From the NCBI GenBank assembly GCA_051532035.1, contig JAOPTW010000032.1, forward strand, positions 21,546-85,545: 64,000 nt of DNA, given 5' to 3'. The position numbers and the translations under genes were made by a program. Numbering within the stretch: the stretch's first letter is position 1; each line of letters starts with the position of its first letter. This DNA comes from Fibrobacterales bacterium. Its GTDB lineage: Bacteria > Fibrobacterota > Fibrobacteria > Fibrobacterales > JAOPTW01. Shown here piece after piece: positions 1 through 8,978 of the stretch. Under the pieces are notes generated by a model that did not search any database, was not told the origin of the DNA, and worked only from the letters and a program-made list of their open reading frames with translations.

Positions 1-414
1 AAAAAATTTGGCGCACTCATGGTTATAGAACAAAATGTAGGGCTCAAAAACTATACCGATACTGGCATAAAAATGAATGCCGCAGTAACGTCTCAACTTC
101 TAAAAACAATCTTTTTCCCCAATACCCCACTCCATGACGGCGCTGTGATTATTCATGGTGACCGCATACGCGCTGCGGGCTGCACCCTCCCCATTATCAC
201 GATTCAAGAAGATAGCCAAATTTCTAACAAAGTCGGCATGCGTCATAAAGCTGCCAAAGCACTCACTAACGAGAGTGATGCAGTTGTTGTAATTGTCTCA
301 GAAGAAACAGGGTACATATCTCTTGCCTACCGCAACAAACTTCTTCTCAATATCTCGAGCAAGCAGATAGAAGAGAAAATTCACGCTATTATCGAAGAGA
401 CTCAGGACCAGTAA
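1..414 (+). CDS. cdaA: Diadenylate cyclase CdaA (DisA_N domain), 5'-truncated by the window edge
   Basis: GALMVIE, IFFPNTPLHDGAVII, GMRHKAA and VVIVSEETG motifs; the frame is open back to base 1. Confidence 0.9.
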   Translation, partial: KKFGALMVIEQNVGLKNYTDTGIKMNAAVTSQLLKTIFFPNTPLHDGAVIIHGDRIRAAGCTLPIITIQEDSQISNKVGMRHKAAKALTNESDAVVVIVSEETGYISLAYRNKLLLNISSKQIEEKIHAIIEETQDQ

Positions 415-415
415 C

Positions 416-1534
416 ATGACAACATCATCTCCCAAAAAGCGCTCAAAAAAGCGTCTTCTTATCCCACTCCTCATTTTACTTATTTTACTCCTCCTCATTT
501 TTTGGCAATATAACCTTGGCCAAATGAAAGAAGAAGCAGAAGCCCGAAGCGCTGCCGAAGCTTCACTCCTCGCAAAAGAAAAAATTCTCGCAGAACTCGA
601 AGCACAAAAAGCACTCCTCGATTCAATTGCGTTCCTGCAAAAACAAGACTCCCTCCTTCGGCAACAAATCGCAGAAGAAAAAATTAAGCAACTCCAAGAC
701 TCTATCCTGAAAGCACAAGAAGCCCAAGACAAAGCAAATGCCGCTGAACGTGCAAAAAGAGCAAAACAAAATTCTCAGAAAAAAAATAATATCGTATCTG
801 ACACCACAGCTCCAACACTACAGGTGAGCCCACCCACAGGGCGATACTATGAACCCATTACCATTGAGGCACGCTGTAGCGAACCAAAGTGCAGTATTAT
901 GTACAGCACAGCGAACCCATACTCCCCTCTCAATACTGATTTAAAAATTGAGACCAATAGCACACTTACATTCTTTGCTGTTGATTCGGCAGGCAATCAC
1001 TCCGACACCATTACTCGAAGTTATGAATTCACTGAAAAAATTCCACCCTGCCCAAATAAGATGTCTCCTGTCCCCCTAAACGATGGGACCTCAATCTGTA
1101 TGGATTTATATGAATGGCCCAATACCCTCAACGAAAACCCAAAAGTATTTGTTTCTCATAAAGAAGCAACCAACCTTTGTAGTTCTGTAGGTAAACGCCT
1201 CTGTAGTAAAGAAGAGTGGCAGACCTCATGCTCTGGTAAACTCAACACAGACTACCCCTATGGAACCCAATACAATCCCGCTCAATGTGTTACTACTGAG
1301 ACCAAAGCCAGCCGATCAGGCCATGCAAAAGATTGCCGCTCTTACTATGGCCACTATGATATGTCGGGTAACATTTGGGAATGGACATCCACACCACACG
1401 AACAACGTGCATCCTTTTACTACGTAACCGGCGGCAACTACTCAAGTAAAGACGCCTCAACCTGCCAAGAAGCAAAATACAGCTTCTACCCCCAAAACCA
1501 ATACCAATTCGTAGGCTTCCGCTGCTGTAAATAA
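416..1534 (+). CDS. Membrane-anchored protein: TM helix, coiled coil, CHB_HEX_C/Fn3-associated-like domain, C-terminal FGE-sulfatase (SUMF1, C-type lectin fold) domain
   Basis: Basic N-terminus plus hydrophobic helix; DTTAP..PPTGRY; KRLCSKEEW, YGHYDMSGNIWEWT, VGFRCC. Confidence 0.8.
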   Translation: MTTSSPKKRSKKRLLIPLLILLILLLLIFWQYNLGQMKEEAEARSAAEASLLAKEKILAELEAQKALLDSIAFLQKQDSLLRQQIAEEKIKQLQDSILKAQEAQDKANAAERAKRAKQNSQKKNNIVSDTTAPTLQVSPPTGRYYEPITIEARCSEPKCSIMYSTANPYSPLNTDLKIETNSTLTFFAVDSAGNHSDTITRSYEFTEKIPPCPNKMSPVPLNDGTSICMDLYEWPNTLNENPKVFVSHKEATNLCSSVGKRLCSKEEWQTSCSGKLNTDYPYGTQYNPAQCVTTETKASRSGHAKDCRSYYGHYDMSGNIWEWTSTPHEQRASFYYVTGGNYSSKDASTCQEAKYSFYPQNQYQFVGFRCCK

Positions 1535-1585
1535 AAGAAAGCAATAGATCAACAAACAAAACTAAACAAGCGCAGCGAACAGATA

Positions 1586-1692
1586 TAATTTTCATTTAAA
1601 ATGGCGCAGTATAAGGCATATTTCATGAGAGTGTACTTAGTGTACACCGAATGAAATATAACGCCGTAATGCGCCGTTTAAAATGAAAATTA
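1586..1692. repeat. 107-bp imperfect palindrome, ERIC/Correia/RPE-like MITE candidate
   Basis: TAATTTTCATTT...AAATGAAAATTA termini; internal AAGGC...GTGTAC-TTAGT-GTACAC...AACGCCG; TA at both ends. Confidence 0.65.
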
Positions 1693-2010
1693 CTGCATCT
1701 GGGCGAGGAGGGCGTCGATATCCGCCTGCTCAAGAAGTTCTTCACCAGCATCATCCCCACCAGATGACCCACTGGATGGAATATCAGCAGTGCCATCAAC
1801 CCCAGCCAACATCTCTTCCGTTGAGAGCTCAGGAGCAGCTTGAGGAGCAGCAGGTTGCCCACCATAACCCATTATGGCACGCCCTGTATCAAACTGATCT
1901 TCTGAATAGTTCTTATACAGTCGCGCAAAGTCTTTAAAATGCATGTCATAGTGATACGCAGGATCACTCATCACGCGGTTTAATACTTCTCTGTCGTATC
2001 CAATACTCAT
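1690..2010 (-). CDS. Small acidic hypothetical protein with a C-terminal FliM-N/CheZ-C-like motif
   Basis: 106-aa ORF, AAGGGA RBS-like sequence upstream, ends ELLEQADIDALLAQMQ. Confidence 0.7.
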   Translation of the reverse strand: MSIGYDREVLNRVMSDPAYHYDMHFKDFARLYKNYSEDQFDTGRAIMGYGGQPAAPQAAPELSTEEMLAGVDGTADIPSSGSSGGDDAGEELLEQADIDALLAQMQ

Positions 2011-2090
2011 AATAGTAACACATCCCTTTGTTCTCTATTATAACATACACTATTTTTGGTTCAGCCGCAAATATTCGACCACCTATTAGT

Positions 2091-2118
2091 CTATCGGCAC
2101 CCCTTCCTTAAAAATTGA
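2091..2118 (-). promoter_or_regulatory. sigma28 (FliA)-like promoter
   Basis: Minus strand TCAA-N16-GCCGATAG versus consensus TAAA-N15/16-GCCGATAA. Confidence 0.5.
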
Positions 2119-2285
2119 GTTCAAATAGATACTTTTTAGTAATTTGACCCCTTATCACCATATGGGGAGCTAGATTATGCAATTCGACTTAGTAACAAAA
2201 ACTCAAATTGTGTAAATAAGCACCCAATACATTGCGATAAGTGGAGGCTTAATATAGATTTGCTCAAAATTCAGCCCCAAATTCT

Positions 2286-4838
2286 ATGATCGAAATAAGC
2301 GAAAAACTTGAAAAGGTCCTCTCTCAGGTGGACAATCCCGGTCGATATATCGGATCTGAAGCAAACAGTGTCTACAAAGATTTTGACACCTGTAGCGGCA
2401 CCATCGCCTTTGTTTTTCCCGATACTTACGAAGTGGGTATGTCTAATAATGGCTTAAAAATACTTTATCATGTAGTGAATCGTGAAGAAGATCTCCTTGC
2501 CGAGACCTCATTTGCCCCATGGAACGACATGAGCGAACTTCTCAAAAGAGAAGAAATACCACTCTATACTCATCAAAGCTATAGAGGTATTGGAGAATAT
2601 GATTGTGTTGGTATTTCACTCCAAACAGAGCTCAATTTTACCAATGTTCCCTATGTGCTGGAACTCGGCAATATTCCTGCTTGGAGTAAAGATCGCGATG
2701 AAAGCCATCCCTTTGTAATTGGTGGCGGCCCTGCAATGGCAAATCCCGAACCGGTTGCTGATTTTTATGACGCTTTTGTGATTGGTGACGGGGAACTTGT
2801 AACTCCTCAAATTGTGAGAATGGTTGGCACCATGCGTAAAGCGGGTGAAAAACGCGAAGCTATTTTAATAGCCCTCTCTGAAATTCAGGGCATTTATGTT
2901 CCGTCTCTTGTACCAATGGCGCCAAACTTTTTAGGTGAAATGACCCCTGTTGATATTCAACAGCGAGGCTTTAAAAACCACAAAGGGGTCAAGCGTACAT
3001 GGATGGAGAGTCTTGACCCAACCCTCTACCCTATTAAAAATTTAATACCCAATATTCGCCCTATTCATGACCGGTACGCTGTGGAAGTTATGAGAGGTTG
3101 TACCCAAGGATGCCGTTTTTGTCAGGCAGGCTATTGGTATCGCCCTTCACGAGAACTCGGCGCCGATGATATTGTTGATCTTGCAAAAGAAGGAATAAAA
3201 GCAACAGGCTGTAACGAACTGGGCCTCCTTTCACTCTCGACTGCAGATTATAGTCAGGTTGAACCACTTACTGATGTGCTGATTAATGAAGATGACTTTA
3301 GTAAAACTGATGTATCACTCCCATCACTTAGAGTAAATGCCTTTGGAAAAGAGCTCGCAGAAAAGACAAGTGCCATAAGCTCAAGTCGTTCAGCGACCTT
3401 TGCCCCTGAAACCGGCAGTGACCGCCTCCGCAAAGTGATCAACAAAACAATTACTAACCAAAACATGGTTGATGCCGCTCATCATGTATTTAGTGGCGAC
3501 TATAACAACATCAAACTCTATACTATGATTGGCCTCCCCACAGAGACCATCGACGACATGGATGAGTTTATTGAACTTATCGAAAACCTCGTTACCGTCG
3601 GTAGAAAGTATAAACAAAATTTTTCGATCCATGCGAGTATTGGTATTCTTATCCCTAAGACGTTCACCCCTATGCAATGGGCTGGCTTTGTTGGTAAAGA
3701 AGAAGCTCTTGAACGCATCTATAAAGTGAAAAACCACTTTTATAGAAACCGCAATGTACGTATTTCTTGGAGTAGTTGGGAAACTGCACACTTAGAGTCT
3801 TTCTATAGTAGAGGGGATCGATCTCTTGCCCCAATGATTTATGAGGCATACGAACGAGGGTTGATTTTTGAATCATTTAATGAGTTCTTTGATCACGATA
3901 CATGGGTAGAGATTTGGGATAAATATAATTACCCTGTTGCCAACATACAACGTGAACGAGAACTCGATGAAGCCCTTCCATGGGACGTTATACACGCAGG
4001 TGTCAACAAAGGCTATCTCAAACGTGAGTACAAAAAAATGTTTGAGCCTGAATCTCCTGAAGTCCCTAACTGTAAATGGGAAGGCAACTGTCAAAGCTGT
4101 GGTATTCCAGGTACTGGTGATGACACTGTTATGGCAACACCACCCAACAAATATGCAGGCGCACCTTCGCTGACAAAAGAAGAGATCCTTAAAAAGCATG
4201 AGGACTTAAAGGAAGAGATTGACGATGTGCATAGTTACATGGTTCTCTTTAATAAAAGTGACCTTGCCCGCTTTTTACCGCATCAAAACACTATGAAATT
4301 TATCGAAAAAGCGTTTATGCGAGTCGATGCCCCTATGAGATATTCAAAAGGGTACAACCAACGACCCAAAATTCAAAATGGAGGCGCACTCCCTCTTGGC
4401 CTCCACTCTCATTGTGAATTTGTCATTATTGAATTCACCCAAGAAATCCCAACAGATGAAGCCTATATAGCTGAACTCAATAAGATGTTCCCCAAAGGGA
4501 TTGCTATTCATTCAATTGAGAAGCGTTTGAATCGCAAGATGGCCTTTGCAAAAACAATCTCCTATACTTATAGCGCTCCTTGTGATCATAGTGACATAAT
4601 TTCGCGTTTTAACAGTCAAGCCCTCCCCACCATAACCAATCATAAAGGGCGACGTATTGCTATTCAACCAGAAATCCAATCTATTGCCACTAATAGTGAA
4701 GGGGCTCTCGAAGTGGTACTGACAACCAATAGTAATGGAAATGCCATTAGCCCCTTTGCAGTATTCTCTGGGCTTTTAGAAATTTCTTATGATGATGCAC
4801 GGGAACTCTCAATTTGTAAGAGCGCTATCGTATTCTAA
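2286..4838 (+). CDS. TIGR03960-type B12-binding radical SAM protein fused to a TIGR03936/DUF2344 domain
   Basis: PGRYIGSE, FPDTYEVGMSN, GCTQGCRFCQAG (CxxxCxxC), TFAPETGS; C-terminal ARFLPH..YSKGYNQRPKI..ALPLG. Confidence 0.9.
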   Translation: MIEISEKLEKVLSQVDNPGRYIGSEANSVYKDFDTCSGTIAFVFPDTYEVGMSNNGLKILYHVVNREEDLLAETSFAPWNDMSELLKREEIPLYTHQSYRGIGEYDCVGISLQTELNFTNVPYVLELGNIPAWSKDRDESHPFVIGGGPAMANPEPVADFYDAFVIGDGELVTPQIVRMVGTMRKAGEKREAILIALSEIQGIYVPSLVPMAPNFLGEMTPVDIQQRGFKNHKGVKRTWMESLDPTLYPIKNLIPNIRPIHDRYAVEVMRGCTQGCRFCQAGYWYRPSRELGADDIVDLAKEGIKATGCNELGLLSLSTADYSQVEPLTDVLINEDDFSKTDVSLPSLRVNAFGKELAEKTSAISSSRSATFAPETGSDRLRKVINKTITNQNMVDAAHHVFSGDYNNIKLYTMIGLPTETIDDMDEFIELIENLVTVGRKYKQNFSIHASIGILIPKTFTPMQWAGFVGKEEALERIYKVKNHFYRNRNVRISWSSWETAHLESFYSRGDRSLAPMIYEAYERGLIFESFNEFFDHDTWVEIWDKYNYPVANIQRERELDEALPWDVIHAGVNKGYLKREYKKMFEPESPEVPNCKWEGNCQSCGIPGTGDDTVMATPPNKYAGAPSLTKEEILKKHEDLKEEIDDVHSYMVLFNKSDLARFLPHQNTMKFIEKAFMRVDAPMRYSKGYNQRPKIQNGGALPLGLHSHCEFVIIEFTQEIPTDEAYIAELNKMFPKGIAIHSIEKRLNRKMAFAKTISYTYSAPCDHSDIISRFNSQALPTITNHKGRRIAIQPEIQSIATNSEGALEVVLTTNSNGNAISPFAVFSGLLEISYDDARELSICKSAIVF

Positions 4839-4867
4839 TGTGATATTGTCACGTTTAATATTTTCAC

Positions 4868-4903
4868 TAAAACAGGGTGTTTTCAACTAAACACCCTGTT
4901 TTA
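4868..4903 (+). terminator. Intrinsic terminator (possibly bidirectional)
   Basis: TAAAACAGGGTGTTT-TCAACT-AAACACCCTGTTTTA, 15-bp stem. Confidence 0.8.
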
Positions 4904-4968
4904 CATACAACTTACCGCACAACCTGAAAGTTTAGTCCATAGTTGTACTTTAAAGCCTTCCGCTTACC

Positions 4969-4982
4969 GTAACATATGTTAC
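4969..4982. promoter_or_regulatory. Perfect 14-bp palindrome upstream of acs, candidate operator
   Basis: GTAACATATGTTAC, 46 bp before the acs start. Confidence 0.35.
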
Positions 4983-5028
4983 AAAACTAAATTAAATAGA
5001 TGTTCCCAAAACTGAGCAGGTCTTATTT

Positions 5029-6945
5029 ATGGCACTCGACATCACCTCATTTGAAGATTACACCCGTGAATATCAAAAAAGCGTTCAAACTCCAGAAGCC
5101 TTCTGGGAAGAAAAAGCAGAGAAATTTACTTGGAAAAAACGCTGGGACTCTATACTTAAATGGGACTTTAATGAGGCGCACGCTGAATGGTATATAAATG
5201 GTAAACTCAATATTACTGAAAACTGCCTTGACCGCCACCTTCTCAGTCGAAGAAACCAAACCGCCATCCTCTGGGAACCTAATGACCCGAATGAAGCAGC
5301 GATTAACATAACCTATGGCGAACTACATGAACGTGTCTGTCAATTTGCCAATGTATTGAAGGCTCATGGGGTAGAAAAAGGCGACCGAGTTTGCCTCTAT
5401 ATGCCAATGATTCCAGAACTGGCTATTGCTTGCCTTGCGACCGCTCGGATCGGCGCTGTACACTCTGTAGTCTTTGCTGGGTTCTCTTCAAATGCCCTTT
5501 CTGACAGAATTAACGATGCCGGTGCAAAAATTGTCATAACCGCGGATGGCGCTCACCGGGGCGCAAAACCAATCCCCCTAAAGAATATTGTAGATGAAGC
5601 ATTAAAAACCTGCCCAACGGTGGTGTCGTGCATTGTATACCAACGAACCGGTGACCCAGTTTCTATGACTGTTGATAGGGATCACTGGTGGCATGATGAA
5701 ATTCAGTATGTAGCCAAAACCTGTGATGCAGAAGTTATGGATTCAGAAGATATGCTCTTTATTCTGTACACTTCAGGCTCTACAGGCCAACCAAAAGGAG
5801 TAGTACACACAACGGGTGGCTATATGGTCTACACCGACTACACCTTTCGCAACACCTTTCAATACAAAGAGGGGCAAGTCTTTTGGTGTACTGCAGATAT
5901 CGGTTGGATCACCGGGCACTCCTATATTATCTATGGGCCACTCCTTGCTGGTGCAACCACACTTATGTTTGAAGGCATCCCTACCTATCCCGATGCTGGA
6001 CGCTTTTGGGAAGTATGTGAAAAACACGCTGTCGATATTTTTTATACCGCACCCACTGCAATTCGTGCGCTTGAAGCCCAGGGACTCGACTATGTTAAAA
6101 AACATGACCTCAGTTACCTCAAGGTTCTTGGCTCAGTTGGAGAACCTATTAACCTCGAAGCATGGAACTGGTATCACGACAACATTGGCAACAAACGGTG
6201 CCCCATAGTCGACACCTGGTGGCAAACTGAAACAGGGGGCTTTATGATAACCCCTATTGCCGGAATCACCAATGAAAAACCAACCTATGCAACGCTTCCC
6301 CTCCCTGGTGTCCAACCGATGTTGGTAGACAGCGAAGGCAATGAACTCACCGGAAATAATGTTTCGGGAAACCTTTGTATAAAGTTCCCCTGGCCCTCTA
6401 TGATTAGAACGACCTATGGTGACCATGAACGCTGTAAACAAGTCTACTTTTCTACATACAAAGGACTTTATTTTACAGGAGATGGATGTAAACGGGACGA
6501 AGATGGGTACTACCGTATTACTGGGCGGGTTGATGATGTGATCAATGTATCAGGCCATAGAATGGGTACCGCCGAAGTCGAAAGTGCAATTAATGAACAT
6601 AGCGCTATTGTAGAATCAGCAGTTGTAGGCTTCCCTCATGAGATCAAAGGGCAAGGTATCTATGCATATGTCATAGCTGACGCCGCCGATATCAATGAAG
6701 AAGTACTCGCATCTGAAATCCTCGCAAAAGTGAGTGAAGTTATTGGTCCTATTGCAAAGCCAGACCGGATTCAGGTAGTTTCGGGGCTCCCTAAAACTCG
6801 ATCAGGAAAAATCATGAGAAGAATTCTTAAAAAAATTACCGAAGGCGACACAAGTAACCTTGGCGACACCTCAACTCTTCTTGACCCACTGGTTATCGAT
6901 GAGATAATTGCCGGTTCTTTGGGGGAGCATATACACTCTCGATAA
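5029..6945 (+). CDS. acs: Acetate--CoA ligase (acetyl-CoA synthetase)
   Basis: YTSGSTGQPKG, DTWWQTETGG, GRVDDVINVSGHRMG, LPKTRSGKIMRR. Confidence 0.97.
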   Translation: MALDITSFEDYTREYQKSVQTPEAFWEEKAEKFTWKKRWDSILKWDFNEAHAEWYINGKLNITENCLDRHLLSRRNQTAILWEPNDPNEAAINITYGELHERVCQFANVLKAHGVEKGDRVCLYMPMIPELAIACLATARIGAVHSVVFAGFSSNALSDRINDAGAKIVITADGAHRGAKPIPLKNIVDEALKTCPTVVSCIVYQRTGDPVSMTVDRDHWWHDEIQYVAKTCDAEVMDSEDMLFILYTSGSTGQPKGVVHTTGGYMVYTDYTFRNTFQYKEGQVFWCTADIGWITGHSYIIYGPLLAGATTLMFEGIPTYPDAGRFWEVCEKHAVDIFYTAPTAIRALEAQGLDYVKKHDLSYLKVLGSVGEPINLEAWNWYHDNIGNKRCPIVDTWWQTETGGFMITPIAGITNEKPTYATLPLPGVQPMLVDSEGNELTGNNVSGNLCIKFPWPSMIRTTYGDHERCKQVYFSTYKGLYFTGDGCKRDEDGYYRITGRVDDVINVSGHRMGTAEVESAINEHSAIVESAVVGFPHEIKGQGIYAYVIADAADINEEVLASEILAKVSEVIGPIAKPDRIQVVSGLPKTRSGKIMRRILKKITEGDTSNLGDTSTLLDPLVIDEIIAGSLGEHIHSR

Positions 6946-6957
6946 CTCTCTATCCCT

Positions 6958-6983
6958 TTGGTGGTCTCATTTGAGGCCACCAA
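6958..6983 (+). terminator. Stem-loop after acs (no U-tract)
   Basis: TTGGTGGTCTCA-TT-TGAGGCCACCAA. Confidence 0.5.
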
Positions 6984-7044
6984 TAGTAGATCAACAATCA
7001 CTCCGTGAAACTACTCTCTAATTAGCTATATTTATAAAAAACAA

Positions 7045-7395
7045 ATGACAAGAGAGACCATGCCGGAGATCCCAGAAGAGTATCGACAATCACTTGAAAA
7101 AGAGTCCATTGACGATCAAATCGCCCGAGTTGACGAACTCCTAGCCAATGTAAAAGAGCCGTCAGCTTATAACCTTGGTATAAAACTTGCCCTTATTATG
7201 GCAAAAGAACTCAAAGAAGGCAACGCTCCTGGTACCCAGAGTGCGCCATTTGTCAAACAGTTGAGTGTCGATTTTTACCCAGAATTTATAGAAGAGATTG
7301 TAGGATATGCTCGAGAATTCATACTGAAACCTGAAGATTTAGTTGCAGAAATCGGGAAACGACTTTTTAACAAAGAAGATTCGACCAATGAGTAG
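7045..7395 (+). CDS. Hypothetical protein
   Basis: 116-aa ORF overlapping the start of the next gene, operon-like. Confidence 0.7.
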   Translation: MTRETMPEIPEEYRQSLEKESIDDQIARVDELLANVKEPSAYNLGIKLALIMAKELKEGNAPGTQSAPFVKQLSVDFYPEFIEEIVGYAREFILKPEDLVAEIGKRLFNKEDSTNE

Positions 7396-8269
7396 TCAAC
7401 CACTCTATGCAACGATTGACATCGGCTCTAATTCTGCGTTGCTCCTTATTGCAACGGTCACAGAAGGCAAACTTGAAGCCAAGGTTCAAAAGATCGGCAC
7501 CTGTCGTTTAGGACAAGGTGTTCAGAGTGGCGAAGATGAAGCTACTGCAGAGAGCATTGCTCAAACCCGTAAAGTACTCACTCAATTTCGCCAAACAATA
7601 CACAATATTGGTGCAAAACTCGTTAAAGTTGTATTGACCGAAGCGACTCGTAGAGCGAAAAACAAGGATGCCATCCTCTCTACCGTCCGTGAGACCCTTA
7701 TGTTTGAACCAGACATCCTGTCGGGTGAAGATGAAGCTCTCTGGACTTGGGAATCTATCAGTAACCACTATGAGATCAATGATTTTATATCTCTCGACAT
7801 TGGCGCTGGAAGTACTGAGCTATGTGATGGCACACAGGCGCTCTCCCTGCCGCTCGGAGCACTTGATCTTAAAAACCGCTTTGGCAAAATACCGACTGAT
7901 GACATTAAAGAATTTATCGACGCTATTCTCACAGGTCAAGAGTTAGAGGGTTATAAAAAAAAGCCCCTCTTTTTAATCGGTGGAACTGCAACGGCACTTG
8001 CCATGATCGAAAAGGGTCAGACTGAGTTTAAAATGGAAAGCGTCGAAGGATACCAGTGTAATCGACATGGAATACTCAATCTCATTACCACACTGGGTAA
8101 TATGTCGAATGAAATCCGTGAACAACTTCCGGGACTCGATGACAACCGATCCGAAATTATGATTCCAGGACTAAAGGTAATTGAGCGATGCTACAATGCG
8201 CTTGATCTCGAGACCGCAACCATCTCAACACTTGGTCTTCGCTATGGTGCACTACTAAAAAGTTTGTAA
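7388..8269 (+). CDS. Ppx/GppA family phosphatase (short form)
   Basis: ATIDIGSNS, TEATRRAKN, ILSGEDEA, LDIGAGSTE, IGGTAT, GLRYG; ATG at 7388 preferred over 7343. Confidence 0.88.
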   Translation: MSSQPLYATIDIGSNSALLLIATVTEGKLEAKVQKIGTCRLGQGVQSGEDEATAESIAQTRKVLTQFRQTIHNIGAKLVKVVLTEATRRAKNKDAILSTVRETLMFEPDILSGEDEALWTWESISNHYEINDFISLDIGAGSTELCDGTQALSLPLGALDLKNRFGKIPTDDIKEFIDAILTGQELEGYKKKPLFLIGGTATALAMIEKGQTEFKMESVEGYQCNRHGILNLITTLGNMSNEIREQLPGLDDNRSEIMIPGLKVIERCYNALDLETATISTLGLRYGALLKSL

Positions 8270-8273
8270 TACT

Positions 8274-8978
8274 ATGAGAATAAATAAATATATAGCACAG
8301 TGTAGTAGCGCCAGCCGAAGAGGCGCCGACACTCTTATAACCGAAGGCCGCGTCACCCTTAACGGGGAAGCTGTCGCAGGACCTGGAGTGCAAGTTGAAG
8401 TAAATGATGTTGTTTCTGTAGATGGAAAAGAACTTACGCCTACAGAAATCACCGGAACCATACTCTTTAATAAGCCAATAGAGTATGTCTGCTCAAAAAA
8501 AGATACCCATGGAAGGCCAACAATATTTGACCTACTTCCAACAGAGTATAAAGACCTTAACTACATCGGGCGACTCGACCTTAATAGTCGGGGCTTGATG
8601 CTCCTCAGCAGTGATGGTGAACTTATTCACCGCCTCACTCACCCCTCTTACGACATTCCTCGCACCTATGAAGTACGCCTAGACAAAATCTTTGATGAAC
8701 GCTCTGCTCAAAAACTTCGTAATGGCGTTTTAATTGACGAAAACGAGAAGACCCGCCCCGCAGAGGTAAAGTTTCAGGGTAAAAATGTCGAAATGATACT
8801 AAGAGAGGGGAAAAAGCGTGAAATCCGTAGAATGATGAGCGCAGTTGGGTATGAAGTTATAGATTTGAAACGTATCTCCTATGGAAACATTGAGTTGCGG
8901 GACCTCGAAGAGCGGAAGTGTCGACCACTAACCGACTTAGAAGTGAAGGTATTGTATGAAATGGTACAGCTACGTTAG
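8274..8978 (+). CDS. rRNA pseudouridine synthase, RsuA/RluB family
   Basis: S4 domain MRINKYIA..SRRGAD; GRLDLNSRGL; EGKKREIRRM. Confidence 0.93.
   Translation: MRINKYIAQCSSASRRGADTLITEGRVTLNGEAVAGPGVQVEVNDVVSVDGKELTPTEITGTILFNKPIEYVCSKKDTHGRPTIFDLLPTEYKDLNYIGRLDLNSRGLMLLSSDGELIHRLTHPSYDIPRTYEVRLDKIFDERSAQKLRNGVLIDENEKTRPAEVKFQGKNVEMILREGKKREIRRMMSAVGYEVIDLKRISYGNIELRDLEERKCRPLTDLEVKVLYEMVQLR

Noticed and set aside
1400..1534. DGR variable region in the FGE-sulfatase gene (and in the FISUMP tip near 40211-40400)
   Set aside because: Both folds can be DGR targets, but I saw no reverse transcriptase and no adenine-variant template repeat in the window; a remote DGR cannot be excluded
4837..4855. 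CRP-like box TGTGA-TATTG-TCACG upstream of acs
   Set aside because: The spacer is 5 bp rather than 6, and the box lies upstream of the terminator of the preceding gene
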